64,000 nt of DNA from an uncultured Acidobacteriota bacterium (GCA_963730095.1 CAVSQJ010000002.1:907427-971426); one strand, 5' to 3'. Counted from the first letter of the stretch, positions 1 through 9,231 are shown. Numbers and translations: made by a program. Notes: generated by a model not told the origin, from the letters alone.

Positions 1-1634
1 ACCGCGTTGGCGATGAGGTTCTGGAGTGCGCGGCGCAGCGCGCCCTCGTCGCCGGCGATCGGCGGCAGGTCCTCCGGCACGTCCGCGGCGATCTCGATGT
101 GCGACGCGTCGGGCATCGCCGACGCCGACGTCACGACGTCATGGATGAGATCGTGGAGATCGACGGGCCGCGACGCTTGGGCGCGACGGCTGCCCGACAG
201 GCCCGCGTATTCGAGCACCTGTTCGACCATGTCCGTGAGGCGTCGGCCCTCTGTTTCGATCAAATCGCCGTACTGTCGGGCCTGCGCGGTGTCGTGCACG
301 ACGCCGGCGGACAAGTTCTGCGCCGCGGATCGAATCACGGTGAGCGGCGTCCGCAACTCGTGCGACACCGCGGCGACGAAATCCATCTGCTGCGACGCCA
401 GCCGCTGCCATCGCTCGGCGCTGACGACGATGAGCACGACGCTCGCCGCGAGGACCGTGAGGATGCCGAAGCTCAACCAGAGATTGCGGCGCCGCGTTGC
501 GCCGACCGCCGCGTCGAGCGATCCGGCCGTGTGCTGGAAGCGGAGCTGCCAGGCGGCGTTGGCCGTGTTGAACCTGACGAGATCCGGCGAGGAGGTGCCG
601 TGCGACTCGACGAAGATCGACACGCTCGCGCTGCCGGCGCCGCCCGTCGCGGCTCGGCCTCCGCGTCCCCCCGCCGTCACCGCATTGAAGCCGGCGCCGG
701 ATGACTGCGACATCCAGAACCGATTCGCGACCTGCGGCGTGAGGTCGAGGCGCACGGAAAACATCGGCACGCTGGCGTCAGCGTGCCGCGCGTCGATGAT
801 CGCGCCGGCCGCAAGGCCGCGTGCGTAGACGGAGCGATCTCTGTCGCTCGTGTCGATGACGTCAAAACGGTAGCTGTCCGCGTCCCGCTCGGGAAAGTAC
901 CGCTCGGCGAGCGCCGGCAGGATGGTGCCAGTGATGTACGCCTCGTCGAGCTCGGCCACGAGGTACGTCTGGGCGAGGCGCATCGACGCGCCGGAGCTGG
1001 TCACCTCGGAAGTCAGCGTCGGCAGCGAGACGATGATGGCCGGTACCGACGCGACGATCGGATCGCGAGCGCTGACGATGTGCCGGAGCTCCTCGAGCGG
1101 CGCGTTCATCACCACGCTCCTCGCTGAAACCATCGGCGGCAGCAGTAGTGGCGGCGGCGAGGGATCTACGCCGTTCACGACTTTGCCGCCCGCGCCAGCT
1201 GTACCGCCGCGAGCGAGACGCTCCGTGACGGGCGCGAGCGACGCCGGCCACGCGGTTGCGGTGAACGCGCGGCCGTCGGGATCGTACTTCTTCGGCGCTG
1301 ACAGGACCGGGGATCCGTCGGCGAGGTACACGGCCCGGAGCATGTCCGGGAAGCGCGCGTTCTCGCGCCAGTTGTCGTAGCTGCGCGCGAAGGCGCTGAA
1401 GTCGCCGCGATCGATCGTGCGGCCGTCGACCTGCAGCGCCAGATACAAACGAAGAATCTCGCGGTCGAAGTCGTCGGCGAACTCGGACGCACGCTCGGTC
1501 AGCGATTTCTGCCGGCGCGCGCGCTCGGCTTCGCTCACCTGGCCGAGCCAGCGGTACTGCAGCGTCGCGAGAATCGCGACGAGCAGCACGAGCGAGGCCG
1601 GCACGATCAATCTGAGCGGCAGCCTGGACCGCAT
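1..1634 (-). CDS. sensor histidine kinase, 3' end cut by the window edge (TM1, ~380-aa periplasmic region, TM2, DHp, start of HATPase)
   Basis: Absent from the supplied ORF track because the frame runs off position 1 with no stop. Manual minus-strand translation from the ATG at 1634 gives MRSRLPLRLIVPASLVLLVAILATLQYRWLGQ ... NLWLSFGILTVLAASVVLIVV ... MDFVAAVSHELRTPLTVIRSAAQNL (H-box) ... IAGDEGALRRALQNLIANA (N-box). GC3 is high throughout. Confidence 0.85.
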   Translation of the reverse strand, partial: MRSRLPLRLIVPASLVLLVAILATLQYRWLGQVSEAERARRQKSLTERASEFADDFDREILRLYLALQVDGRTIDRGDFSAFARSYDNWRENARFPDMLRAVYLADGSPVLSAPKKYDPDGRAFTATAWPASLAPVTERLARGGTAGAGGKVVNGVDPSPPPLLLPPMVSARSVVMNAPLEELRHIVSARDPIVASVPAIIVSLPTLTSEVTSSGASMRLAQTYLVAELDEAYITGTILPALAERYFPERDADSYRFDVIDTSDRDRSVYARGLAAGAIIDARHADASVPMFSVRLDLTPQVANRFWMSQSSGAGFNAVTAGGRGGRAATGGAGSASVSIFVESHGTSSPDLVRFNTANAAWQLRFQHTAGSLDAAVGATRRRNLWLSFGILTVLAASVVLIVVSAERWQRLASQQMDFVAAVSHELRTPLTVIRSAAQNLSAGVVHDTAQARQYGDLIETEGRRLTDMVEQVLEYAGLSGSRRAQASRPVDLHDLIHDVVTSASAMPDASHIEIAADVPEDLPPIAGDEGALRRALQNLIANA

Positions 1635-1812
1635 CCGAAGAGTCTAGCACGCAGCGATCGAGCCGATTGTGTTCTGGAAGTGGTTGATCGGCAAGCGTTT
1701 TACCTTCTTAACAATCTCTTTGCGATCGCTTAACCACTCGGATGCGACTTCTGTCGACGATGACTACGTCAAAGACACACGTGCGGAGCGAACGACTCCT
1801 GGAGGCCTCGTC

Positions 1813-2802
1813 ATGAAGCGCATCTTCAATTTCATCGTCATCGCCGGGCTCGCGTCGCAGGCACTCGTCGTCGGTCAAGGATCGGATGCGAACAAGGTGC
1901 TGTCGATGGTCCGCGAGGCGCTCGGCGGCGACAAGAAGCTCGCGAGCGTGAAGACCATCACCGCCACTGGCACATCGACCAGGGTGAACGGCGAAACGAG
2001 CAGCGCGCCCACCGATTACGAGCTGGCGATGGAGCTGCCCGACAAGTTCGTCAAGAAAGAGGTCATCGCCACGATCGGCTCGAACGCGATTGGGCGAACG
2101 ACGGGTTTCAACGGCGACGGCGTTGATCAGCGAGACGGACACGCCGCCGGCGTTCGGCGGGCAGGTGCTGATGCGATTTGGGCCCGGCGGACCCGCGATG
2201 GCGCCACGCCGACGCCCGAACAGGCCGAGGCGATGCGGAAGGCCGCGCTCGCGTCGGCGCACGAGGAGTTCGCGCGCTTCACGCTTGGCATGTTCGCGAC
2301 GTCGTTTCCGGCGTTTCCGCTCGAGTTCAGCTACGCCGGACAGGCCGAGTCGCCCGACGGCAACGCCGACGTCATCGGTATCACAGGCGCCGACGACTTC
2401 GCGGCGAAGCTGTTCGTCGACGGCGCGACGCACCTGCCGTTGATGTTGAGCTGGATGGCCAAAGAGCCGCTCGTGCTCAAGAACACGAACGCGCCGGGGC
2501 GAGGCGGTGCGAGCGGGAGCGGCCCGGCGGTCGTGCAATTTGGCGGCGGCGGTCAATCCCTCACGCCCGAGCAGCGCGACCAGATGGTCAAGGACATGCA
2601 GGACCAGATGAAGGAGGCGGACGCCACACGCCGCATCGTCGAGTACCGCGTGTACTACGGCGACTATCAGGACGTGAGCGGCATCAAGCTGCCGTTCAAG
2701 ATTCAGCGGTCGATCGACGGCAAGGCGAGCGAGGAGCTCACGCTCGAGAAGATCAAGGTCAATCCCAGGATCGATCCGAAGAAGTTCGAGGTCACCAAGT
2801 GA
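1813..2802 (+). CDS. secreted protein, putative LolA-like / outer-membrane-lipoprotein-sorting-like fold (module copy 1); local compensated frame disruption at ~2128-2197
   Basis: ATG at 1813 preceded by GGAGG (1801-1805). Signal peptide MKRIFNFIVIAGLASQALVVG. Paralogous over its full length to 5562..6533 (shared ELPDKFVKKE/ELPDKYVRKDE, GFNG, THLP.M.SW, PKKFEV C-terminus). The fold assignment rests only on remembered C-terminal motifs, so the function call is weak. Confidence 0.75.
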   Translation: MKRIFNFIVIAGLASQALVVGQGSDANKVLSMVREALGGDKKLASVKTITATGTSTRVNGETSSAPTDYELAMELPDKFVKKEVIATIGSNAIGRTTGFNGDGVDQRDGHAAGVRRAGADAIWARRTRDGATPTPEQAEAMRKAALASAHEEFARFTLGMFATSFPAFPLEFSYAGQAESPDGNADVIGITGADDFAAKLFVDGATHLPLMLSWMAKEPLVLKNTNAPGRGGASGSGPAVVQFGGGGQSLTPEQRDQMVKDMQDQMKEADATRRIVEYRVYYGDYQDVSGIKLPFKIQRSIDGKASEELTLEKIKVNPRIDPKKFEVTK

Positions 2803-2805
2803 GGA

Positions 2806-2862
2806 GGTTCCGAAGGGCTCCCAAGGGTTCCCGAGGGTTCCGAGGGTTCCGAGGGGTTCGAG
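2806..2862. repeat. 6 tandem copies of a 9-10 nt unit GGTTCC(C)RAG
   Basis: Read directly: ggttccgaag ggctcccaag ggttcccgag ggttccgag ggttccgag gggttcgag. It fills the 68-nt spacer between the LolA-like gene and the receptor gene. Confidence 0.9.
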
Positions 2863-2870
2863 AACTACTG

Positions 2871-5477
2871 ATGATGCTCGCGCTGACGTTCGTCGCAAGC
2901 CTCGCTCGAGCGCAGACCCCTGATGCGGGACGCCTGATTGTCACCGTGACCGATCAAAGCGGCGGTGTGATTCCGAACGCCACGGTCAGCATCTCGCTGC
3001 AGGATCCGGCGGCCGCGTCGTCGGGTGCACGCCCGCGGTCGGCGTCGACGTCGGAGTCCGGCGTCGCGAGCATCGACGGCCTCATGCCCGGCCGGTACAC
3101 GATTGAAGCGACGTTTCCGGGCTTCGAGCCGGGAAGCGCACGCGACGTGCGCGTGGGGAGCGGTAGCGTCAAGCGGACGATCGTCCTGCCGATCAAGAAG
3201 GTCGCCGAGGAGATGACCGTCGGGCGGGACAAGCAGTCGTCGGCGCTCGACCCGCAGGGCAGCTCGTTTTCCACGGTCCTCACGCGCGAGCAGATCGCGG
3301 CGCTGCCCGACGATCCTGATGACATGGAGTCCGTGCTCAAGGCGATGGCGCCGCCAGGCGCGCAGATCCGCGTCGACGGCTTCACCGGCGGCAAGCTGCC
3401 GCCCAAGTCCCAGATCCGATCGATCCGGCTGCCGCGCATGGATCAGATCGCCGCGCAGAACCACGGCGGGCTGAACGGCCTGCTCTTCATCGATATCCTC
3501 ACGCAGCCGGGCAACGGGCCGCTCAAGGGCTCGCTCGACTTCGCGTATCGCGACGATGCGCTGAACGCGCGGAATCCGTTCACGCCGATCAAGGGTGACG
3601 AGGGGCTGCATCAAGGCGGCTTCGGGCTGAGCGGATCGATCGTGCCGAACAAATCGTCGTTCGCGCTCCAGGTTCAGCGGGCGAATCAATTCGACTCGAC
3701 GAACCTGCTGGCCGCGCTGCCCGACCAGACGCTGGCCGCGCCCATCCGCCGGCCGACGGATCGCACGAACGTGTACGCGCGCTTCGATCAGGGCATCACG
3801 AAGGACCACATGGCGCGAGTCACGTTTCAGCGGACCGCGAGCGGGACGGACAACCTCGGCGTCGGCGGGTACGACCTCCCGGGGCGCGCGTACAACACGA
3901 CGTCGACGGACAACCAGTTTCGGATGACGGAGAACGGTCCGCTCGGGCGGCGGTTCTTCTCCGAGTCGCGCCTCCAGGTGCACTGGACGGATTCGGCGTC
4001 GACATCCGATGTGGAGCTGCCGACGCTGCGCGTTCTCGACGCATTCACGAGCGGCGGCGCGCAGCAGTCGGGCGGCCGTCACGCGCTCGAGTTCGAAGCG
4101 GCGAGCGACCTGGACTACGTGCGCGGCAGGCACTCGTTCCGTACCGGCGTCCTTTTCGAAGGCGGAAGCGACCGGACCAACGAGTCCGTCAACTACCTCG
4201 GCACGTACACGTTTGCGAGCCTCGAGGATTTCGACGCGGGCCGCCCCTCGACGTTCACGCGCCGCACGGGCGATCCCGCGATCGCGTACGACAACCTGCA
4301 GGTCGGTCTGTACGCGCAGGACGATTTTCGCCTCGCCAAGAGCGTGCTGCTGTCGTACGGAGTGCGGTACGAAGCGCAGATGCTGATTGCCGATCAACTC
4401 AACTTCTCGCCGCGGGTCACGATCAGCTGGTCGCCGCAGAAGAACGGCCGGACGACCTTCCGCGCCGGCTACGGGCGCTTCACGGATTGGCTGGGCCTCT
4501 CGACCTACGAGCAGACGCTGCGCATCGACGGCGTCCATCAGCAGGAAATCAACATCATCGATCCGAGCTATCCAACGCCCGGGACGATCGGCACCGCGCC
4601 GCCGACCAATCGATACTTCCTCAATCCGGCGCTGGTATTGCCCGAGAGCCAGTTGGCGAACGTCGGCGTCGACCAGATGATCGGGAGCGCGCGAGTGAGT
4701 GCGACGTACACGATGCGGCGGGGATCGAAGCTGCTGCGCGGCCTGAATCTGAATGTTCCCGTGAACGGCGTGCGGCCCGATCCTGACTTCGCGAACGTCA
4801 TCGAGGTCGTGGGCGACGCCGCGCAGCGCGGCTCGACGGTCCTCGTCAGCGCGTCGCTCATCAAGCTTGACTGGCACCAGACGTTTCTCGCCGGGTCGTA
4901 CGCGTTGTCGACGAACGAAACGAACGCGACGGGCGCGTTCTCGCCGCCGGCGACGGCCGACCGCCTCGACCTCGAGTGGGGGCCGATCGCGCCGCGGCAT
5001 CGCGCGGGTGCGTCGATGAACACGTCGCCGATCCGCAACCTCAGCGTCAGCGCGAACGTGCGGGCGCAATCTGGCACGCCGTACAACGTCACGACAGGGG
5101 TCGACACTAATGACGACGGCATGTTCACCGACCGGCCGTCAGGCGTGTCACGCAACTCGGCGCGCAGCGCGATGCAGTGGGATCTCGGCCTGCGGGTCGG
5201 CTACACCGTGGGGTTCGGTCCGCGGCCGACCGCGACGGGCGGTGGCGGGCCTCAGGCCGTCATCATCAACGCCGGCGGTGGCGGCATGCCGGGAGGGTTC
5301 CCGGGCGGCCCGGCCGACCGTCGATACCGGGTCGAGTTCTACGCCTCGGTCCAGAACGTGACCAATCACAACAACTACATCGGTTATAGCGGGGTAGTCA
5401 CCTCGCCGTTCTTTGGCGAGCCGACCAACGTGCTCAACCCGCGCAAAACCGAGCTCGGGGTGCGATTCGCGTTTTAG
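2871..5477 (+). CDS. TonB-dependent-receptor-like outer-membrane beta-barrel with N-terminal carboxypeptidase-regulatory-like domain (module copy 1)
   Basis: In-frame ATG at 2871 within ORF 2178..5477. Signal peptide MMLALTFVASLARAQ. CarboxypepD_reg-like beta-sandwich (GRLIVTVTDQSGGVIPNATVSI...GRYTIEATFPGFE). Plug-like IRVDGFTGGKLPPKSQIRSIRL. Long barrel ending in ELGVRFAF (terminal Phe). Collinear paralog of 6530..9172. Confidence 0.85.
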   Translation: MMLALTFVASLARAQTPDAGRLIVTVTDQSGGVIPNATVSISLQDPAAASSGARPRSASTSESGVASIDGLMPGRYTIEATFPGFEPGSARDVRVGSGSVKRTIVLPIKKVAEEMTVGRDKQSSALDPQGSSFSTVLTREQIAALPDDPDDMESVLKAMAPPGAQIRVDGFTGGKLPPKSQIRSIRLPRMDQIAAQNHGGLNGLLFIDILTQPGNGPLKGSLDFAYRDDALNARNPFTPIKGDEGLHQGGFGLSGSIVPNKSSFALQVQRANQFDSTNLLAALPDQTLAAPIRRPTDRTNVYARFDQGITKDHMARVTFQRTASGTDNLGVGGYDLPGRAYNTTSTDNQFRMTENGPLGRRFFSESRLQVHWTDSASTSDVELPTLRVLDAFTSGGAQQSGGRHALEFEAASDLDYVRGRHSFRTGVLFEGGSDRTNESVNYLGTYTFASLEDFDAGRPSTFTRRTGDPAIAYDNLQVGLYAQDDFRLAKSVLLSYGVRYEAQMLIADQLNFSPRVTISWSPQKNGRTTFRAGYGRFTDWLGLSTYEQTLRIDGVHQQEINIIDPSYPTPGTIGTAPPTNRYFLNPALVLPESQLANVGVDQMIGSARVSATYTMRRGSKLLRGLNLNVPVNGVRPDPDFANVIEVVGDAAQRGSTVLVSASLIKLDWHQTFLAGSYALSTNETNATGAFSPPATADRLDLEWGPIAPRHRAGASMNTSPIRNLSVSANVRAQSGTPYNVTTGVDTNDDGMFTDRPSGVSRNSARSAMQWDLGLRVGYTVGFGPRPTATGGGGPQAVIINAGGGGMPGGFPGGPADRRYRVEFYASVQNVTNHNNYIGYSGVVTSPFFGEPTNVLNPRKTELGVRFAF

Positions 5478-5561
5478 GACGTTCCGGAACAGGCAACATC
5501 CACCCGGCCGGTGTCTTATTACGTCTAAAGCTGCGTTTACGGTTCACGATAAGGAGTCTCG

Positions 5562-6533
5562 GTGCGCGTTTCCGGACACGCGATCACTGTTGTCCTGTGC
5601 CTGGCGCTCGTGGGGCTCCGCGCACAGAAACCCGACCCCGCCAAGGCTGACCAGATACTATCGAGCGCCCGCGAGGCGCTGGGCGGCGCGAAGCTTGCCG
5701 CCGTGAAGAACTTCGTCGCGACCGGCCGGACGCGCCGGCTGAGCGGCAACAACCTCGTGCCAATCGAGTTCGAGATCAGCGTCGAGCTGCCTGACAAATA
5801 CGTCCGCAAGGACGAAATTCCCGCGCAGGAGAACGAGCCGACATCGACCGGGTTCAACGGCACCGGGCTGATTCAGATTCCGCAGCCCGCGGCGCCCGGG
5901 CCGCCGCCCGCGCGCGCCGGGGCCACGCCGCCGACGCCCGAGGCGCTCGAAGCGCAGCGCCAGGCCGCTCTCAAGGCCCGCGTGACGACAGCGAAGCAGG
6001 ATTTCGCACGGCTGATGCTCGGGCTGTTCGCGAGCTCGTTCAGCGGCGCGCCGCTGACCTTCGCCTACGCAGGCGAAGCGGAAGCGCCGCAGGGAACGGC
6101 CGACGTGATCGACGCGAAGGGCGAGGGCACGTTCGCGCTGCGACTGCTCGTGGCCAGCGACACGCATCTTCCTGTCATGGTGAGCTGGCAGCAGCCGCCG
6201 TCGAGCGTCCTGCTCAAAGTTGCCGGCCAGCCGGCGCCCGCGACGGTGCCGCCCGGTGCGGTGGTCGTCGACGCACCGGCGCCGCCTGCCGCGAGCGCGG
6301 CGCAGGACGAGAAGGACAAGTACACGAAGGCTGTCGCCGACCTGCGGCGCAAAGCCATGGCGCAGATGATCGAATCGAGGCTGTACTTCGCCGACTATCG
6401 CGACGCCGACGGCGTCAAGTGGCCGTTCCGCTTGCGGCGGGCGGTCGGCGCCGATACCACCGAGGAGACGACGTTCGATCGTTTCCGCGTCAACACGAAG
6501 ATCGATCCGAAGAAGTTCGAGGTGGTCAAGTGA
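5562..6533 (+). CDS. secreted LolA-like protein (module copy 2)
   Basis: GTG at 5562 preceded by AAGGAG. Signal peptide. Paralog of 1813..2802; C-terminus FRVNTKIDPKKFEVVK versus KIKVNPRIDPKKFEVTK. Confidence 0.8.
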   Translation: MRVSGHAITVVLCLALVGLRAQKPDPAKADQILSSAREALGGAKLAAVKNFVATGRTRRLSGNNLVPIEFEISVELPDKYVRKDEIPAQENEPTSTGFNGTGLIQIPQPAAPGPPPARAGATPPTPEALEAQRQAALKARVTTAKQDFARLMLGLFASSFSGAPLTFAYAGEAEAPQGTADVIDAKGEGTFALRLLVASDTHLPVMVSWQQPPSSVLLKVAGQPAPATVPPGAVVVDAPAPPAASAAQDEKDKYTKAVADLRRKAMAQMIESRLYFADYRDADGVKWPFRLRRAVGADTTEETTFDRFRVNTKIDPKKFEVVK

Positions 6534-9172
6534 AGCGTCTGATGCTGGCCGCGGCGTGTGTGCTCTTGTGGTGCGCGAGCGCGGCGTTCGCGCAGACGGC
6601 GCCTGACGTTCATCTCACCGTGACCGTGGTCGATCCGAGCGGCGCGGTGGTCGGCGACGCCTCGGTGAGCGTCGTTGGCACCGAGGCCGCGACGAAGGCG
6701 CTGACGATCAGCCCGCTCAAGACGACCGACAAGGGCGTGGCGTCGTTCGACAGGCTCGCGCCCGGACGGTACTCGATCGAGGCGACGTTCCCCGGCTTCG
6801 AGCTCGGGCTGCTGAAGGACGTGCGCCTCAAGGCGGGCGACAACAAGCACGTCATCGTGCTGCCGCTCAAGAAGTTCTCCGAGAACGTGAGCGTGGGACG
6901 CGATGCGCAGGTGGCCGCGGCGGATCGCTCGACCACGTTCGGATCGACCCTGACGCGCGAGCAGATGGACCAGTTGTCGGACGATGCCGACGAGATGGCG
7001 CAGCAGCTGCAGGACCTCGCGGGACCGAACGCGAAGATCCGTGTCGACAGCTTCGAGGGCGCGCAGCTGCCGCCGAAGGCGCAGATCAAGTCGATTCACA
7101 TCACGCGCAACACGTTCGCGGCCGAAAGCCACTACATCGGCGGCATCTTCATCGACATCATCACGCAGCCGGGCGTCGGGCCGATGCGCGGCGGCGCGAG
7201 CGCGGCGTTCCGCGACGGCTCGATGAGCGGCGTCAACCAGTTCACGGGCGAGAAGTCGCCCGAGCAGATCCGCCGGTACGGCGGCAACCTCGGCGGGTCG
7301 ATCGCGAAGGAGAAGGCGTCCTACTCGGTCGCGTTCAACGGGTACAGCAACTACGACACGCCAAACGTCAACGTGGCGACGCCTGGTGGCGGCAACGTGT
7401 CGCAGGCCGCGCCCCTCAAGACGCCGCGCGACTACGCGGGCTTTTCGGGCCTGCTCGATTACGCGGTTACGCGCGACCAGACGATGCGGTTCTCGTTCAA
7501 CCAGTCGACGAATACGCAGCGCAACCTCGGCATCGGCGCCTACGACCTGCCCGAGCGCGGGTACGGCACCGATCAGACGTTCCGCGGCTTCCGCATGCAG
7601 GAAGCCGGGCCGATCAAGCGGCGGTTCTTCATCAACACGCGCCTCTCGCTGCAATTGCAGGATTCTTCGTCGCACTCCGTCCTCGAGGCGCCGACGATCA
7701 TTGTCAACGACGCGTTCACGTCGGGCGGAGCGCAGCGCGCGGGCGGCCGGCACGCGCACTCGTTCTCGCTGCAGTCCGATCTCGACTACGTGCGCGGCAT
7801 CAACTCGTGGCGCACCGGCATCCAGCTCGACGGCGGCCACTACCGATCGGATGACGCGACGAACTACCTGGGCACGTTCACGTTCACCGACATCGACGCG
7901 TACAACGCCGGCACGCCGGCGTTCTTCACCCGCCGGATCGGCGATCCGCTGATCGAGTACTGGAACGTGCAGGCCGGCGTGTACCTGCAGGACGACATCC
8001 GCGTGCGGAAGAACCTCACGCTGAGCCCGGGCGTCCGATACGAGCTGCAGACGCATCTCAACGACTACAACAACTTCGGCCCGCGCTTTGGGGTGACGTG
8101 GGCCCCGTTCAAGAGCGGCAGGACGAGCGTGCGCGTCGGCGGCGGCGTCTTCTACGACTGGCTCAGCACGGGGACGTACGAGCAGACGCTGCGCGTGGAC
8201 GGCGTGCGCCAGCAGGAGATCAACATCGCCGATCCGTCGTATCCGATTCCGGGTGAAGGCGGCGACGTGCGCGCGACGAACAAGTACCTCCTCGGTCCCG
8301 ACTATCAGATGGCGAGAAGCGCGGAGGTCACGACCGGCATCGACCAGACGGTCAACCCGCACGTGCGCTTCGGCCTGTCGTACAACTACACGCGCCAGAA
8401 CGGCCTGGCGCGCGGCAACAACCTGAACGCGCCAATTGACGGCGTGCGGCCCGATCCGACGCTCGCGAACGACATCGAGACGGTGTCGGACGCCGCGTCG
8501 ACGGCGAAGGAGTTCGAGGTCAACTTCAACTTCAACTGGCTCGCGCCGTCGCCCGCGGCCAGCCAGGCGCGCGTGAACTGGCGCCGCCTGAACCTCAACG
8601 GCTACTACACGCTTGCGCATTACCGGAACGACTCGGACGGGCCGTTCAGCGTGCCGCCGACCGGCACGCTCGCCACCGAATGGGGGCCGACGCCGTTCGA
8701 CCGGGGAAACCAGCTCTTCGTGAGCCTCAACAGCAACGCGATCAGGAATCTTGCGGTCAACCTCTCGGCGTCGATCTACCAGGGCACGCCGTACAACATC
8801 ACCACGGGCCTCGATGACAACGGCGATCAGATTCTGAACGATCGGCCCGTCGGCGTCGGACGCAATAGCGTGCGTCAGGCGTCCCAACAGACGTGGACCG
8901 CGCGCGTCTCCTACACGTTCTCGTTCGGCAAGACTCCGGCATCGACGCCGGGCGGCATCGGCATCACCATGAACGGCGGCACGATTTCCACGACGACGGT
9001 GGCCGCGCCGCCCAACCGGTTCCGCATGCAGGTCTACGGCTACATCACGAATCTGACCAACCACGCGAACCTGACCGGCTACAGCGGCGTCATGACGTCG
9101 CTGTTCTTCCTGCAGCCAACGGCCGTCAGCAATCCGCGCAAAGTGGATTTCGGGATCAGCTTCTTCTTCTGA
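6530..9172 (+). CDS. TonB-dependent-receptor-like outer-membrane barrel with CarboxypepD_reg-like N-domain (module copy 2)
   Basis: GTG at 6530 overlaps the upstream stop (GTGA, 4-nt overlap). An ATG at 6542 is an alternative start. Signal peptide VKRLMLAAACVLLWCASAAFAQ. HLTVTVVDPSGAVVGDASVSV...GRYSIEATFPGFE. Ends in DFGISFFF. Confidence 0.85.
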   Translation: MKRLMLAAACVLLWCASAAFAQTAPDVHLTVTVVDPSGAVVGDASVSVVGTEAATKALTISPLKTTDKGVASFDRLAPGRYSIEATFPGFELGLLKDVRLKAGDNKHVIVLPLKKFSENVSVGRDAQVAAADRSTTFGSTLTREQMDQLSDDADEMAQQLQDLAGPNAKIRVDSFEGAQLPPKAQIKSIHITRNTFAAESHYIGGIFIDIITQPGVGPMRGGASAAFRDGSMSGVNQFTGEKSPEQIRRYGGNLGGSIAKEKASYSVAFNGYSNYDTPNVNVATPGGGNVSQAAPLKTPRDYAGFSGLLDYAVTRDQTMRFSFNQSTNTQRNLGIGAYDLPERGYGTDQTFRGFRMQEAGPIKRRFFINTRLSLQLQDSSSHSVLEAPTIIVNDAFTSGGAQRAGGRHAHSFSLQSDLDYVRGINSWRTGIQLDGGHYRSDDATNYLGTFTFTDIDAYNAGTPAFFTRRIGDPLIEYWNVQAGVYLQDDIRVRKNLTLSPGVRYELQTHLNDYNNFGPRFGVTWAPFKSGRTSVRVGGGVFYDWLSTGTYEQTLRVDGVRQQEINIADPSYPIPGEGGDVRATNKYLLGPDYQMARSAEVTTGIDQTVNPHVRFGLSYNYTRQNGLARGNNLNAPIDGVRPDPTLANDIETVSDAASTAKEFEVNFNFNWLAPSPAASQARVNWRRLNLNGYYTLAHYRNDSDGPFSVPPTGTLATEWGPTPFDRGNQLFVSLNSNAIRNLAVNLSASIYQGTPYNITTGLDDNGDQILNDRPVGVGRNSVRQASQQTWTARVSYTFSFGKTPASTPGGIGITMNGGTISTTTVAAPPNRFRMQVYGYITNLTNHANLTGYSGVMTSLFFLQPTAVSNPRKVDFGISFFF

Positions 9173-9177
9173 GACCA

Positions 9178-9200
9178 GACGGCCGTCGGCGCCGGCGGTC
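9178..9200 (+). terminator. weak GC-rich hairpin after receptor copy 2
   Basis: gacggccg-tcggcgc-cggcggtc forms 7 of 8 stem pairs, followed by gaggtttcg (short T run only). Confidence 0.3.
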
Positions 9201-9231
9201 GAGGTTTCGAAGTAAAATCGGCGCACGGTCC

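Noticed and set aside
2845-2866. tRNA-like T-arm sequence GGGGTTCGAGAA
   Set aside because: It is part of the GGTTCC repeat array. I could not build an acceptor, D or anticodon stem around it. No tRNA or rRNA was recognisable elsewhere in the window.
2178-2870. 231-codon N-terminal extension of ORF 2178..5477
   Set aside because: It overlaps the LolA-like gene in another frame and reads through the GGTTCC repeat as RRFRRAPKGSRGFRGFRGVRE. The signal peptide and the paralog alignment begin at the ATG at 2871.
9173-9231. Lysine riboswitch (L-box) upstream of asd-lysC
   Set aside because: The spacer is only 59 nt, far shorter than an L-box aptamer, and it shows only a short GC hairpin.
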